A stretch of 64,000 nucleotides of DNA from an uncultured Acidobacteriota bacterium (GTDB taxonomy: Bacteria; Acidobacteriota; Thermoanaerobaculia; Multivoradales; UBA5704). Each line of letters starts with the position of its first letter. Positions within the stretch are counted from its first letter, which is position 1. The translations under genes were made by a program, and so were the position numbers. The stretch covers positions 1,024,001 through 1,088,000 of the forward strand of contig CAVYRF010000001.1 of the NCBI GenBank assembly GCA_963770895.1, read 5' to 3'. Below, in pieces: positions 10,301 to 22,300 of this stretch. The notes below the pieces were generated by a model, which saw nothing but the letters and a program-made list of their open reading frames with translations, was not told the origin of the DNA and did no database searches.

Positions 10301-13300
10301 CGGCGCTGTCGGCGAAGATGGCCGGCGCCTGGGTGCTGCATCGCGCACTGGCGCAGCGTCCGGATGCGGTATTCATCGCGGCCTCGTCGGTGAACGGATT
10401 TTTCGGTGGCGCGATGGTCGGCGCTTATGCAGCGGCGAACCGTTTCCTCGACACGTTCACGGTGCAGCTGAGGCAGGAGGGGCGGCGGGCGTTCAGCTTG
10501 GCGTGGAGCCGTTGGGAGGGGGTAGGTCTGAGCCGCTCCGAGAATGTGGGCGAGCTGTCCCCAATGCAGGGATATCGGTCGATCCTGCCACGCCAGGGTC
10601 TGGTATCGCTCGACGTGTCGCTGTCGCAAGCAGAGCCGCGGTTGTGGATCGGGCTCGACGGCAGCCATCCCTTCATCCGGCGTCATCTGGAGGAGCCGTC
10701 GCAGCGTCTGGAGCGCTTGGCGGTCTGTTTCACCGGCGAGCTGTCGGCTCCGAGGCTCGAAGAGCTGCGGCGGGAGCACGGAGGAGCCTTGGAGCTGCTG
10801 CATCTGGCCGAGCTGCCGCACACCGCCGCGGGCACCGTCGACCGCGATCGCCTGGCGTCGGTGATCCAAGGTCGAGCGTGGCGCCTGGCGGCCCGCCAGG
10901 GTCCGCGCACGCAGGTGGAGCAGCGTCTGGCGGAGATCTGGCGCGAGCTGTTGGGCGGCGCCGAAGTGGGGGTCGAGGACAACTTCTTCGAGTTGGGCGG
11001 ACACTCCCTGCTCGCAACGCAGATGTTGGCGCGGGTGCGCGAGCGCCTGGGAGTGGATCTGCCGTTGCGGCGCCTGTTCGAGGCTCCGACCTTGGGCGGT
11101 CTGGCTTCGGCGATCGGGGCCGAGCGGTCTGATTCCAGGGGGTCCGAGAGAGCGGAGGGTTCGCAGGATTCGCCGCCGATCGTGCCGGTTTCGCGCGATG
11201 CGGATCTGCCGCTGTCGTTTGCCCAGCAGCGCCTCTGGTTCCTCGATCAATTGGAGCCGGGGAGCACGGTCTACAACATTCCGCTGGTGCTGCGGCTGCA
11301 GGGGCGTCTTGACGCGGTGGCCCTGGCGCGGACGCTATCGGAAATCGTGGGTCGCCACGAGGCGCTGCGCACCAGCTTTCCCAGCCGCGACGGCCGGCCG
11401 GTGCAGCAGATCGCGCCGGCACGGCCGGTGGCGATGCCGGGCCACGACCTGCGGGCGCTGCCGCCGGCGATGCGGGAGGCTGAGGTGCGGCGCCTGGCGT
11501 CGGCGGCGGCCCAACAGCCGTTCGACCTCGCGCGCGGGCCGCTGCTGCGCGCCGCCCTGTTGCGGCTGGACGGCGAGGACCACGTCGCGTTGCTGGTGAT
11601 GCATCACATCATCGCTGACGGCTGGTCGATGGGAGTGTTTGTGCGGGAGGTGGCGGCGCTGTACGCGGCGTTCTGCACGGGCGAGCCGTCGCCGCTGCCA
11701 GCGCTCGCGGTGCAGTACGCGGACTATGCCGGGTGGCAGCGACAGTGGCTGTCGGGAGCGGTGCTCGAAGAACAGTTGATCTACTGGCGGGAGGTGCTCA
11801 GGGGCTCTCTACCGCTGCTGCGGCTGCCGCTCGATCGGTCTCGGCCGGCCGCGCCGAGCCCGCATGGCGGCGAGGTGGAGATGAATCTGCCGGCACCCCT
11901 GACGGCGGCGCTTGAAGCTTTGGCGCGGCGGGAAGGCGCCACCCTGTACATGGTCTTGTTGGCGGCCTTCCAGACGCTGTTGCTGCGCCTGACGGGCCAG
12001 GGCGACATTTCGGTGGGCACGCCGATCGCCAACCGCGAGCGGGTGGAGATCGAAGGTCTGATCGGTTTCTTCGCCAACACCCTGGTGATGCGCGTGGACC
12101 TCAGAGGTGAGGAAACCTTTCGTCAGCTCCTGGCGCGGGTCCGCGAGGCCGCGCTCGGCGCCTACGCTCACCAGGATCTGCCGTTCGAGATTCTGGTGGA
12201 AGATCTGCAGCCGACCCGCGATCTCAGCCACTCGCCGCTGTTCCAGGTGATGCTCGCGCTACAGAGCATGCCGGTGCGGAGCCTTGTGCTCGCGGACTTG
12301 ACGCTATCCGCCGTCGAGATCAAAAGCAACGCCGCTCTCTTCGATCTCGGCCTCAGCCTGGTCGAGGACGGCGGGACGCTTCAGGGGTGGCTCGCATACA
12401 AACAGGATCTTTTCGATGCTGCCACCGTCAAGCGATTGGCACGTCAGTTGGCGCTTCTGCTGTCGGGGCTGCCGCACGGCCTCGATCGGCGCCTCGACGC
12501 CCTGACCATACTTTCGGCCGCCGAGCGGCATCAGGCGCTGTGCGAGTGGGGCCAGGGTGCAGCGACCCTGCGGCTGGTGAGCGCCCGGCACGAGATCTGG
12601 GACGCATGGGCACCGGACATCGGCGGCGTGCTCGCCGCCTATGTGCTCGACGGCTTGGAACCGGTGCCGGCCGGCGTGTTCGGTGAACTTTGCGTCCGGG
12701 GAGCGGAGGGCGATCGCTCTCTGGCGCCGGAGGCCGCCGCGAAATGGACCCCAGATCCGTTTGCCGGGGAGGCGGGCGCCCGCTTGTACCGCACCGGCGA
12801 AGCGGCCCGTTTCCTGCCGAACGGCGAGATCGACCTGCCTGCCAGCTCCGCGACGACGGTGACGATCCGCGGCATCCGCGTCGATCCGCGAGCGGTGGAG
12901 GCTGCGCTGCTGGAGGATGAGGCGGTGGCGGCGTGTGCGGTCACGGCGCGGCGGATGGCCGGCGGAGAGCTCGAATTGGTGGCGTATCTGGTGCCGCTCG
13001 ATGCCTGGGCGCCGGAGCGGCAGCGGCAGCGGCTGCCGCCGGGCCTGGCGTGGTTACGAGAGGCGGTGACCTGGGTGCGCATCTCGGCCCTGCCGCTTAC
13101 TCCGGATGGGGATGTGGACGAGTCGGTGTTGGCGGCGCTCGCCGGGGTGGCGGCCAAGGAGATTGGGAGCTGGGAGGTACGGCTGGGCGAGGAGGCGGGG
13201 GTCGGCGAGGTGGCGCTGCTGGTGCGGGAGGTGCGCGATCCCGCCCAGCCGCTGCACCTGGCCGACCTCATTCCCGGATGGCAGCGCACCACGGTGCCGC

Positions 13301-16300
13301 CGGAGGAGGCGGCGGTGGAGGGTGAGCGGCCGGCAGAAGAGACGGGAGAGGGGCAGCCTTCGGTGAGCGAGGGGGACCTTCTGCGGCTGGCGGAGGATGC
13401 GCCGCGGACCCTGCCGGCGGCGTTGCTGCGGGCGGTGGCGCGCTCTCCGGAGCGGGGCATGATCTATCTGGAGGGCGAGACGGGAGAGGTCCGACAGACC
13501 TATCCTGAACTGCTGGAAGAGGCGCGACGGATTCTCGGTGGTCTGAGGGCGCTGGGCCTCGTGCCGGGCGATCGGGTGATTCTGCAGCTGGACCGCGGCC
13601 GCGACTTCATTCCCGCCTTTTGGGGCTGCGTGCTCGGCGGCATGATCCCGGCGCCTGCCGGCGTAGCGTCCTCGTACGGCGAGCCCAACGCGGCGGTGAG
13701 CAAGCTGCTGAGCGCCTGGGAGCTGCTGGGCCGGCCGCTGATCGTGGCCGGCGAGGAGATTCTGGCGGCAGTGCGCGGGGTCTCCCCAGAGCCCGAATTC
13801 CGCGTGGAAGGTCTTGCAGCGCTGCGCCGCGGCGTGCCGGCGCAGGAGCTTCATCAACCGGCGCCCGGGGACTTGGCGATGTTGCTGCTGACCTCGGGCA
13901 GCACGGGTGCGCCGAAGGCGGTCATGCAGAGCCACGCGGCGCTCGCGGCGCGCCCCGAAGGGATGCAGCGGTTCGACGGCCTCGACGCCACGGCGGTGTC
14001 GCTCAACTGGATGCCGCTCGATCACGTCGGCGGGATCGTGATGTTCCATCTGCGCGACGTGTGGCTGGGGTGCGATCAGGTGCATGCGCCGACCGCGCCG
14101 GTGCTGGGCCGCCCGCTGCTCTGGCTGGACTGGATCGAGCGATACCGGGCGACGATGAGCTGGGCGCCGAACTTCGCCTACGGCTTGGTGGTGGATCAGG
14201 CCGGGGAGCTGGAGCGCCGGCGCCGGGACCTGTCGTCCATGCACTTTCTGCTCAATGGGGGCGAGGCGGTGGTGGCGCGGACGGCGCGCCGATTCCTCAC
14301 CCTGCTGGCGCCCCACGGCCTGCCGCCGACGGCGATGTATCCCGGCTGGGGCATGTCGGAGACCTGCTCGGGAGTGACCTATTCGCGGCGGTTCCGTCTT
14401 GAAACGACGCATGACGAGGACTCTTTCGTGGAGTTGGGCGCGCCGCTCGCGGGGGTGTCGCTGCGGATCGTCGATCTTGAGGATCAGCCCGTGCCGGAGG
14501 GTCGTATGGGCCAGCTCCAGGTAAAAGGGGCGTCGTTGACCTCGGGGTACTACGGGCAACCCGAGTTGGCGGACGAGGCGTTCACTGCCGACGGGTGGTT
14601 CAAGACCGGGGATCTGGGGATTCTGCGACAGGGGCGTTTGACGATCACCGGCCGGGAAAAGGACGTGATCATCGTCAACGGGGTCAACTACTACAGCCAT
14701 GAGATCGAGTCGGTGGTGGAGGAGATCGCGGGCGTCGAAGTGTCGTTTACGGCGGCATGCGGAGTGCGGATCGGCGGCACGGAAGGTTTGGTGGTGTTTT
14801 TCCATCCGCGGGAGGAGGGCGGGTCTCTGGCGGAGCTGCTGCAGGAGATCCGGCGGCAGGTGATTCGTCGGGTGGGTCTGACGCCGGAGTATCTGGTGCC
14901 GGTCGAGCCGTCGGAGGTGCCGAAGACAAACATTGGCAAGATCCAGCGGGCACAGCTCAAACAGCGTTTCGAGTCGGGTGAGTTCGAGGCGTCGCTGCGG
15001 CGCGTGGATCTGCTTTTGGGCAATGCGCAGACGGTGCCGGACTGGTTTTTCCGCCAGGTATGGCGGCGGGAGCGGGGCTGGGTGGGACCGGTGGCTCCGC
15101 CGGCCGGCCGCTACCTGCTGTTCTCGGACGGCGGCGATCTGGGAGAGCGGCTACGGGAGGCGCTGTCGCATTCCGGCCGGGAGTGCGTGGTCGTGGAGAT
15201 CGCAGAGGGCGTGGAGGGAGCGGTCGCCGGCGAGGCGGGTTCGTCGCCGGCGATGGTGGGTTCGGACCGTTACCGGATCGATCCGTCGCGGCTGGAGCAG
15301 TACGGTTGGCTCGTGGAGACGCTGGTGGGCAGGGGGGCGTGGCCGCGGCGAGTGGTGCATTTGTGGAGCGCCGGGGCGGTGCAGGAGGCGGCGGGAGCAA
15401 AGGATCTGGAACGGGCGCAGGAGCTGGGCTCGTTGAGTGTGCTCGGTCTGGTGCAGGCGCTGGCGGCGGCGCGGGGACAAGGGGTGGAGCGGCCACCGGT
15501 GGACCTGCTGGTGGTGGGGACGCGTTCGCAGGGCGTCGCGGCGGGCGACCTGGTGGCAAGCGAGCGGTCGCCGGTGCTAGGGCTGCTCAAGACGATCCCG
15601 TCGGAGTTGCCGTGGATGGCCTGCCGGCACGTGGACTTGGAGCTCGCTGCAGCCGCGACGCAGGCGGAGGCGGTGTTGCGGGAGCTGTGCGTGGCGCGCG
15701 GTGCGGCGGAGGTGGCGTGGCGCGGCGGCAAGCGTTGGGTGCCGCGGTTGGAAAAAGCGGACGTGCGTCCGCGCCAGGGTGGGGAGCCGGCGCTGCGGCC
15801 GGGCGGTCTCTACCTGGTGAGCGGCGGTCTGGGCGGGTTGGGCCGGGAGATGGCGGCGCATCTGCTGGAGCACCATGGCGCCAAGCTGCTGCTGGTGGGG
15901 CGGACGCATCTCGCAGGCGGGGAGAAGGGACAGGCTCTGGCCGCACTCGAACGGCTCGGATCCGTGGTCTACGAGGCGCTGGACGTGGCGGACGAGGGCG
16001 CGGTGAGACAGGCGGTGGAGCGAGCCGAAATGCACTTCGGGTGCCGCCTGGACGGAGTGGTGCACCTGGCGGGAGAGGGGGTGCTGCGGCCGTTGATGGA
16101 GGAGAGCCGGGAGAGTTTCCTGGCGGCGCTGTCGGCCAAGATGGCCGGCGCCTGGGTGCTGCATCGCGCACTGGCGCAGCGTCCGGATGCGGTATTCATC
16201 GCGGCCTCGTCGGTGAACGGATTTTTCGGTGGCGCGATGGTCGGCGCTTATGCAGCGGCGAACCGTTTCCTCGACACGTTCACGGTGCAGCTGAGGCAGG

Positions 16301-19300
16301 AGGGGCGGCGGGCGTTCAGCTTGGCGTGGAGCCGTTGGGAGGGGGTAGGTCTGAGCCGCTCCGAGAATGTGGGCGAGCTGTCCCCAATGCAGGGATATCG
16401 GTCGATCCTGCCACGCCAGGGTCTGGTATCGCTCGACGTGTCGCTGTCGCAAGCAGAGCCGCGGTTGTGGATCGGGCTCGACGGCAGCCATCCCTTCATC
16501 CGGCGTCATCTGGAGGAGCCGTCGCAGCGTCTGGAGCGCTTGGCGGTCTGTTTCACCGGCGAGCTGTCGGCTCCGAGGCTCGAAGAGCTGCGGCGGGAGC
16601 ACGGAGGAGCCTTGGAGCTGCTGCATCTGGCCGAGCTGCCGCACACCGCCGCGGGCACCGTCGACCGCGATCGCCTGGCGTCGGTGATCCAAGGTCGAGC
16701 GTGGCGCCTGGCGGCCCGCCAGGGTCCGCGCACGCAGGTGGAGCAGCGTCTGGCGGAGATCTGGCGCGAGCTGTTGGGCGGCGCCGAAGTGGGGGTCGAG
16801 GACAACTTCTTCGAGTTGGGCGGACACTCCCTGCTCGCAACGCAGATGTTGGCGCGGGTGCGCGAGCGCCTGGGAGTGGATCTGCCGTTGCGGCGCCTGT
16901 TCGAGGCTCCGACCTTGGGCGGTCTGGCTTTGGCGATCGCGGCCGAGCGGTCTGATTCCAGGGGGTCCGAGAGAGCGGAGGGTTCGCAGGATTCGCCGCC
17001 GATCGTGCCGGTTTCGCGCGATGCGGATCTGCCGCTGTCGTTTGCCCAGCAGCGCCTCTGGTTCCTCGATCAATTGGAGCCGGGGAGCACGGTCTACAAC
17101 ATTCCGCTGGTGCTGCGGCTGCAGGGGCGTCTTGACGCGGTGGCCCTGGCGCGGACGCTATCGGAAATCGTGGGTCGCCACGAGGCGCTGCGCACCAGCT
17201 TTCCCAGCCGCGACGGCCGGCCGGTGCAGCAGATCGCGCCGGCACGGCCGGTGGCGATGCCGGGCCACGACCTGCGGGCGCTGCCGCCGGCGATGCGGGA
17301 GGCTGAGGTGCGGCGCCTGGCGTCGGCGGCGGCCCAACAGCCGTTCGACCTCGCGCGCGGGCCGCTGCTGCGCGCCGCCCTGTTGCGGCTGGACGGCGAG
17401 GACCACGTCGCGTTGCTGGTGATGCATCACATCATCGCTGACGGCTGGTCGATGGGAGTGTTTGTGCGGGAGGTGGCGGCGCTGTACGCGGCGTTCTGCG
17501 CGGGCGAGCCGTCGCCGCTGCCAGCGCTCGCGGTGCAGTACGCGGACTATGCCGGGTGGCAGCGACAGTGGCTGTCGGGAGCGGTGCTCGAAGAACAGTT
17601 GATCTACTGGCGGGAGGTGCTCAGGGGCTCTCTACCGCTGCTGCGGCTGCCGCTCGATCGGCCTCGGCCGGCCGCGCCGAGCCCGCGCGGCGGCGAGGTG
17701 GAGATGAATCTGCCGGCACCCCTGACGGCGGCGCTTGAAGCTTTGGCGCGGCGGGAAGGCGCCACCCTGTACATGGTCTTGTTGGCGGCCTTCCAGACGC
17801 TGTTGCTGCGCCTGACGGGCCAGGGCGACATTTCGGTGGGCACGCCGATCGCCAACCGCGAGCGGGTGGAGATCGAAGGTCTGATCGGTTTCTTCGCCAA
17901 CACCCTGGTGATGCGCGTGGACCTCAGAGGTGAGGAGACCTTTCGTCAGCTCCTGGCGCGGGTCCGCGAGGCCGCGCTCGGCGCCTATGCTCACCAGGAT
18001 CTGCCGTTCGAGATTCTGCTGGAAGATCTGCAGCCGACCCGGGAGCTCAGCCACTCGCCGCTGTTCCAGGTGTTGCTCGTGTTGCAGAACATGCCGCAGC
18101 ATGAGCTCGCTCTTCCTGGGCTCGATCTGCGCCTGGTCGAGATCGAGCGCCACGAGGTGCAGTTTGATCTCACGCTCAACGTGTTCGGCAACGGCGGCCG
18201 CCTTTCCGGCCTGCTGGAATACCGCGCCGAGCTGTTCGACGCCGCGAGCGTGCGGCGCTGGTCCGCTCACCTTCAGCTCCTGCTCTCCGGCGTCACCGCC
18301 GATCCCGGGCGGCCGCTGACGGCGTACGAATTGCTCGGTCGGTCCGAACGCCAACAGATCCTCGTCGAGTGGAACGACAGCGCCGCTGAAACCGTGACCG
18401 GCGCCCTGTTCACGCAGCTCTTCGAGGCCCAGGTGCGTTGCGACCCGGCAGCGACGGCGGTGGTGGCGGGCGCCGCGCTGCTGCGTTACGGCGACCTCAA
18501 CGGCCGCGCCAACCAGCTCGCGCGCCACCTGACGAGCCTGGGAATCGCGCCGGAGGCGATCGTCGCGCTCTGCTTCGAGCCGTCGGCGGAGCGGGTAGTG
18601 GCGATGCTCGGTGTGCTCAAGGCCGGCGCGGCCTTACTGCCGCTCGATCCGGCACTGCCGGACGAGCGGCTGGCCTTCCTGGTGCGCGACTCGGGCGCCG
18701 CCGCTCTCATCACCGCCCGCGGCGACGCGGCAGCAGAACGGCTCGCTTGCGAGGTCGAGCGCGCGGGCGGCATGGTCGTCGATCTCGAACGCGACCGCAC
18801 GGCAATTGCCTGCCACCAGGCCGCGGACCCGCCGCTCGCGGCGAGCGGGGCGAGCGCCGCGTACGTGATCTACACCTCGGGCTCGACCGGTGCGCCGAAA
18901 GGTGTCGTGGTGCACCAGCGTGGCATGGCGAACCTCGCCGTGGCGCAGAGCCGCGCCTTCGACGTGCGGCCGGGCGACGTCGTGCTGCAGTTCGCGGCGC
19001 CAGGTTTTGATGCATCGATCTCCGAGCTGGCCATGGCGCTTGCCGCCGGCGCCACCCTGCACCTCGCTACGCGCGACGAGCTGCTGCCCGGCGGCGCTCT
19101 TGAGGACCTGCTGCAATCTTGCGCCGTCACCCATCTGACGCTACCGCCGGCCGTGCTCGCCGTGCTGCAGGAGAGAAGTTTCCCTGCACTGCGTTGTCTG
19201 ATTGTCGCCGGCGACACCTGCCCGCCGGCCCTGGCGGCGCACTGGCGCGCCGGGCGGCGCTTCTTCAATGCCTATGGCCCGACCGAAACCACGGTCTGCG

Positions 19301-22300
19301 CCACGCTCTCCGAGATCGTCGCTGGCGATGACCGGGTGTCGCTCCCGATCGGCTTTCCGCTCGCCAACCTGGAGGCGCACGTCCTGGACGACGAGCTTGC
19401 GCCAGTGCCGCTCGGCGTCGAGGGCGAGCTTCTCCTGGCCGGCGCTGGCCTTGCCCGCGGCTATCTCGGACACTCTGACCTTACCGCCGCAAGTTGGTTG
19501 CCGCATCCGTCGCCCCGCCGCTCTGGCGACCGCCTCTATCGCAGCGGCGACCGGGCTCGTCGCCGGCCGGGCGGCGACCTGGAATTCCGCGGCCGCAGCG
19601 ACCGCCAGGTCAAGGTGCGCGGCTTCCGCGTCGAGCCGGCCGAGATCGAGGCCGCCATCGCCGCTCACCCCGCGGTTGCCGCGGTGGCCGTGACGGCGCA
19701 CCCCGCCGGGAGCGAGGGACTGACGGTCGATCGGCGCCTGATCGCCTATGTGGTGGGAGGAGCGGCAGGTGCTCCCGGGCCCACCGAGCTGCGCGCCTTC
19801 CTGCTCGCGCAGCTGCCGGAGCATCTGGTGCCCTCGCTGTTCATTCCGCTCGCCACCATGCCCCTCGGCAGCAGTGGCAAGGTCGATTACCGGGCGCTGC
19901 CGCCGCCGGATCTGCGCCGCGAGCCCGGCGCAGCCGCCCACGTGCCCCCCGCAGGACCGACCGAACGCTGCCTGGCCGAGATCTGGAGCGAAGTGCTCAA
20001 GGTCAGGCCGGTGGGACGCACCGACGGCTTCTTCGCGCTGGGCGGCGATTCGATCCTGAGCATTCAGATCGTGTCGCGGGCGCGCCAGGCCGGGCTCGCG
20101 CTGACGCCGCGCCTGATCTTCGAGCATCCCATCCTGGCCGAGCTGGCGGCGTTGGCGGTGCCGGTGGGAAGCGCTCTGGAAGATCAGCGGCCGGTGACCG
20201 GTCCTGTGCCGCTCACGCCCATTCAGCGCTGGTTCTTCGATCAGCCGGAGACGCTGCCGCTGCATCATTTCAACCAGACTCTGTTGATCGCACCGCGCCA
20301 GCCGCTGGCATGGGCGCCGCTGGTCGGGGCGGTGCGCCTGCTGCTGCAGCACCACGACGCCTTGCGCCTGCGCTTCGTCCGCGACGGCGCTGAATGGCGC
20401 CAGCGCAGCGAGCCATCGTTTCCCGCCGAGACGGCCGTCGCACGATTGGATCTGCGCGCGCTGCCGCTGGCACGCGCCGGCCACGCCATCTCAGCTGCGG
20501 CGGCGCAGGTACAGGCGAGCTTCGATCTGGCGCGTGGGCCGCTGTTCTCGGTGGTGCTCTTCGATCTTGCGCCCTCCGATCCGGGCCGGCTGCTGATCGC
20601 CTGCCACCACCTGCTGATCGACGCGGTTTCGTGGCACATCGTGCTGGAGGATATCGCCGCGCTCTATGCCGGCTTGGAACGTGGCGAAGCGCCGCGGCTG
20701 CCTGCCAAGACCACGTCCTACAAGCGCTGGGCCGAGGGTCTGGCGGCGCTCGCGCGGTCGGGGGCGCTCGCCGACGAGGTCGAGCGCTGGCGGTCCGGTT
20801 TACCGCCTGACCCTGCGCCGCTGCCGGTCGATCTGCCCGGCGGCGCCGGGTCGATGGCGGACGAGGACAGCGTGGCGCTGGAACTGCCGGCAGAAGCCAC
20901 GGCGGAGCTGCTGCGCGGCGCCTCGGCGGCGTGGCGGGCGCGGCCCGACGAGATCATGCTCGCCGCACTCGCCGCCGCCCTGGGCGCCTGGATGGGCGGC
21001 GGCCACGTGCTGGTCGACTGCGAGGGTCATGGCCGCGAGGACGTGATTCCGGAGATGGATCTCACCCGCACGGTCGGCTGGTTCACCAGCCTGTTCCCGA
21101 TCTCCCTGCAACTGCCGGCGAACGCTTCGATCGGAACGATGGCAGCGAGCGCGACCGTGGCGGCGGTACGGCAGCAGCTGCGCGCGGCGCCGAGCCGTGG
21201 TCTCGGCTACGGCTTGCTGCGGTATCTGGAGGGCGGCGCCGCTGCGCTCCGTCTCGCGGCCCTGCCCCCGGCGGAAGCGAGCTTCAACTACCTGGGGCAG
21301 ACCGATGCGATGCTCTCCGGCGATGCACCGTTCCGGCCCGCCGCCGAACCGAGCGGCGACAGCCAATCGCCGCGGCTGCCCCGCCGCCACCTGCTCGACG
21401 TAATCGCTGGCGTCGCTGGCGGCCGGCTGCGGGTGGAGTTTCGCTACGCCACCACGGCGCATCGCCGGCAGACCGTCAAATCGCTGGCAGCGGCTTTTCG
21501 AGAGGCGCTCGACGGGCTGATCGCGGCGGCTGCTCAGGCGGCGCCGGCGCCGCCCGAGGCCGTCGACTTCCCGCAGGCGCGCCTCGCGGAGGGAGAGCTT
21601 GCACGGTTGCTCGCAGTCGATCCCGCGTGCCAGGACATGTATCCGCTGTCGCCGCTGCAGCAGGGCATTCTTTTTCACAGTGCCTACTCGGAACACTCGC
21701 AGCTTTACTGCGAGCAGATCGCCATCTCGGTGAGAGGCCCGTTGGACGCCGGCTTGTTCAAGCGAGCATGGCAGCGGACCGTCGATCGCAACCCGGTGCT
21801 GCGCACCTCGTTTCACTGGGAAGGTCTGGAGCGTGCCCACCAGGTGGTGCGTCGCGACGTGTCCATGGAATTTCATTGGGAGGACTGGCGACGCGCCGCC
21901 GCAGTCGCCCGGCGCCTGGACCGGCTGCGCGCCGTCGAGCGCGACCGCGGCTTCGACCTGTCGCACGCGCCGCTGCTGCGCGCCGCCCTCATCCGCACCG
22001 GCGACGACGAACACCATTTCGTGCTCAGCTTCAGCCATTTGCTGCTCGACGGATGGAGCTTCTCGCTGCTGTTTAGCGAGGTCTTCGCGCACTACCGCGC
22101 AGCCCGCGACGGGGCGGCCGAGGTGCCGCCGCCGAGGCGTCCCTATCGCGACTACATCGCCTGGTTGGAAGCCCAGGACATCGGTGCTGCTGCGGCCTAC
22201 TGGCGGCAGAAGCTCGCCGACTTTTCCGAGCCGTCGCGCTTCGTGCTCGACGGCGAAGCAGCGGCCCGCGCCGGCCAGGAAGGCCGCGATCGGGCCGCCG

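Noticed and set aside
9960-10450. Assigning KR stereotype (A or B)
   Set aside because: Neither the LDD motif nor the diagnostic Trp is present, so stereochemistry cannot be called.
8223-18072. The 4-kb repeat as an assembly artefact
   Set aside because: The copies differ by scattered SNPs and clustered pocket substitutions, have distinct flanks and stay in frame. Long reads would be needed to exclude it fully.
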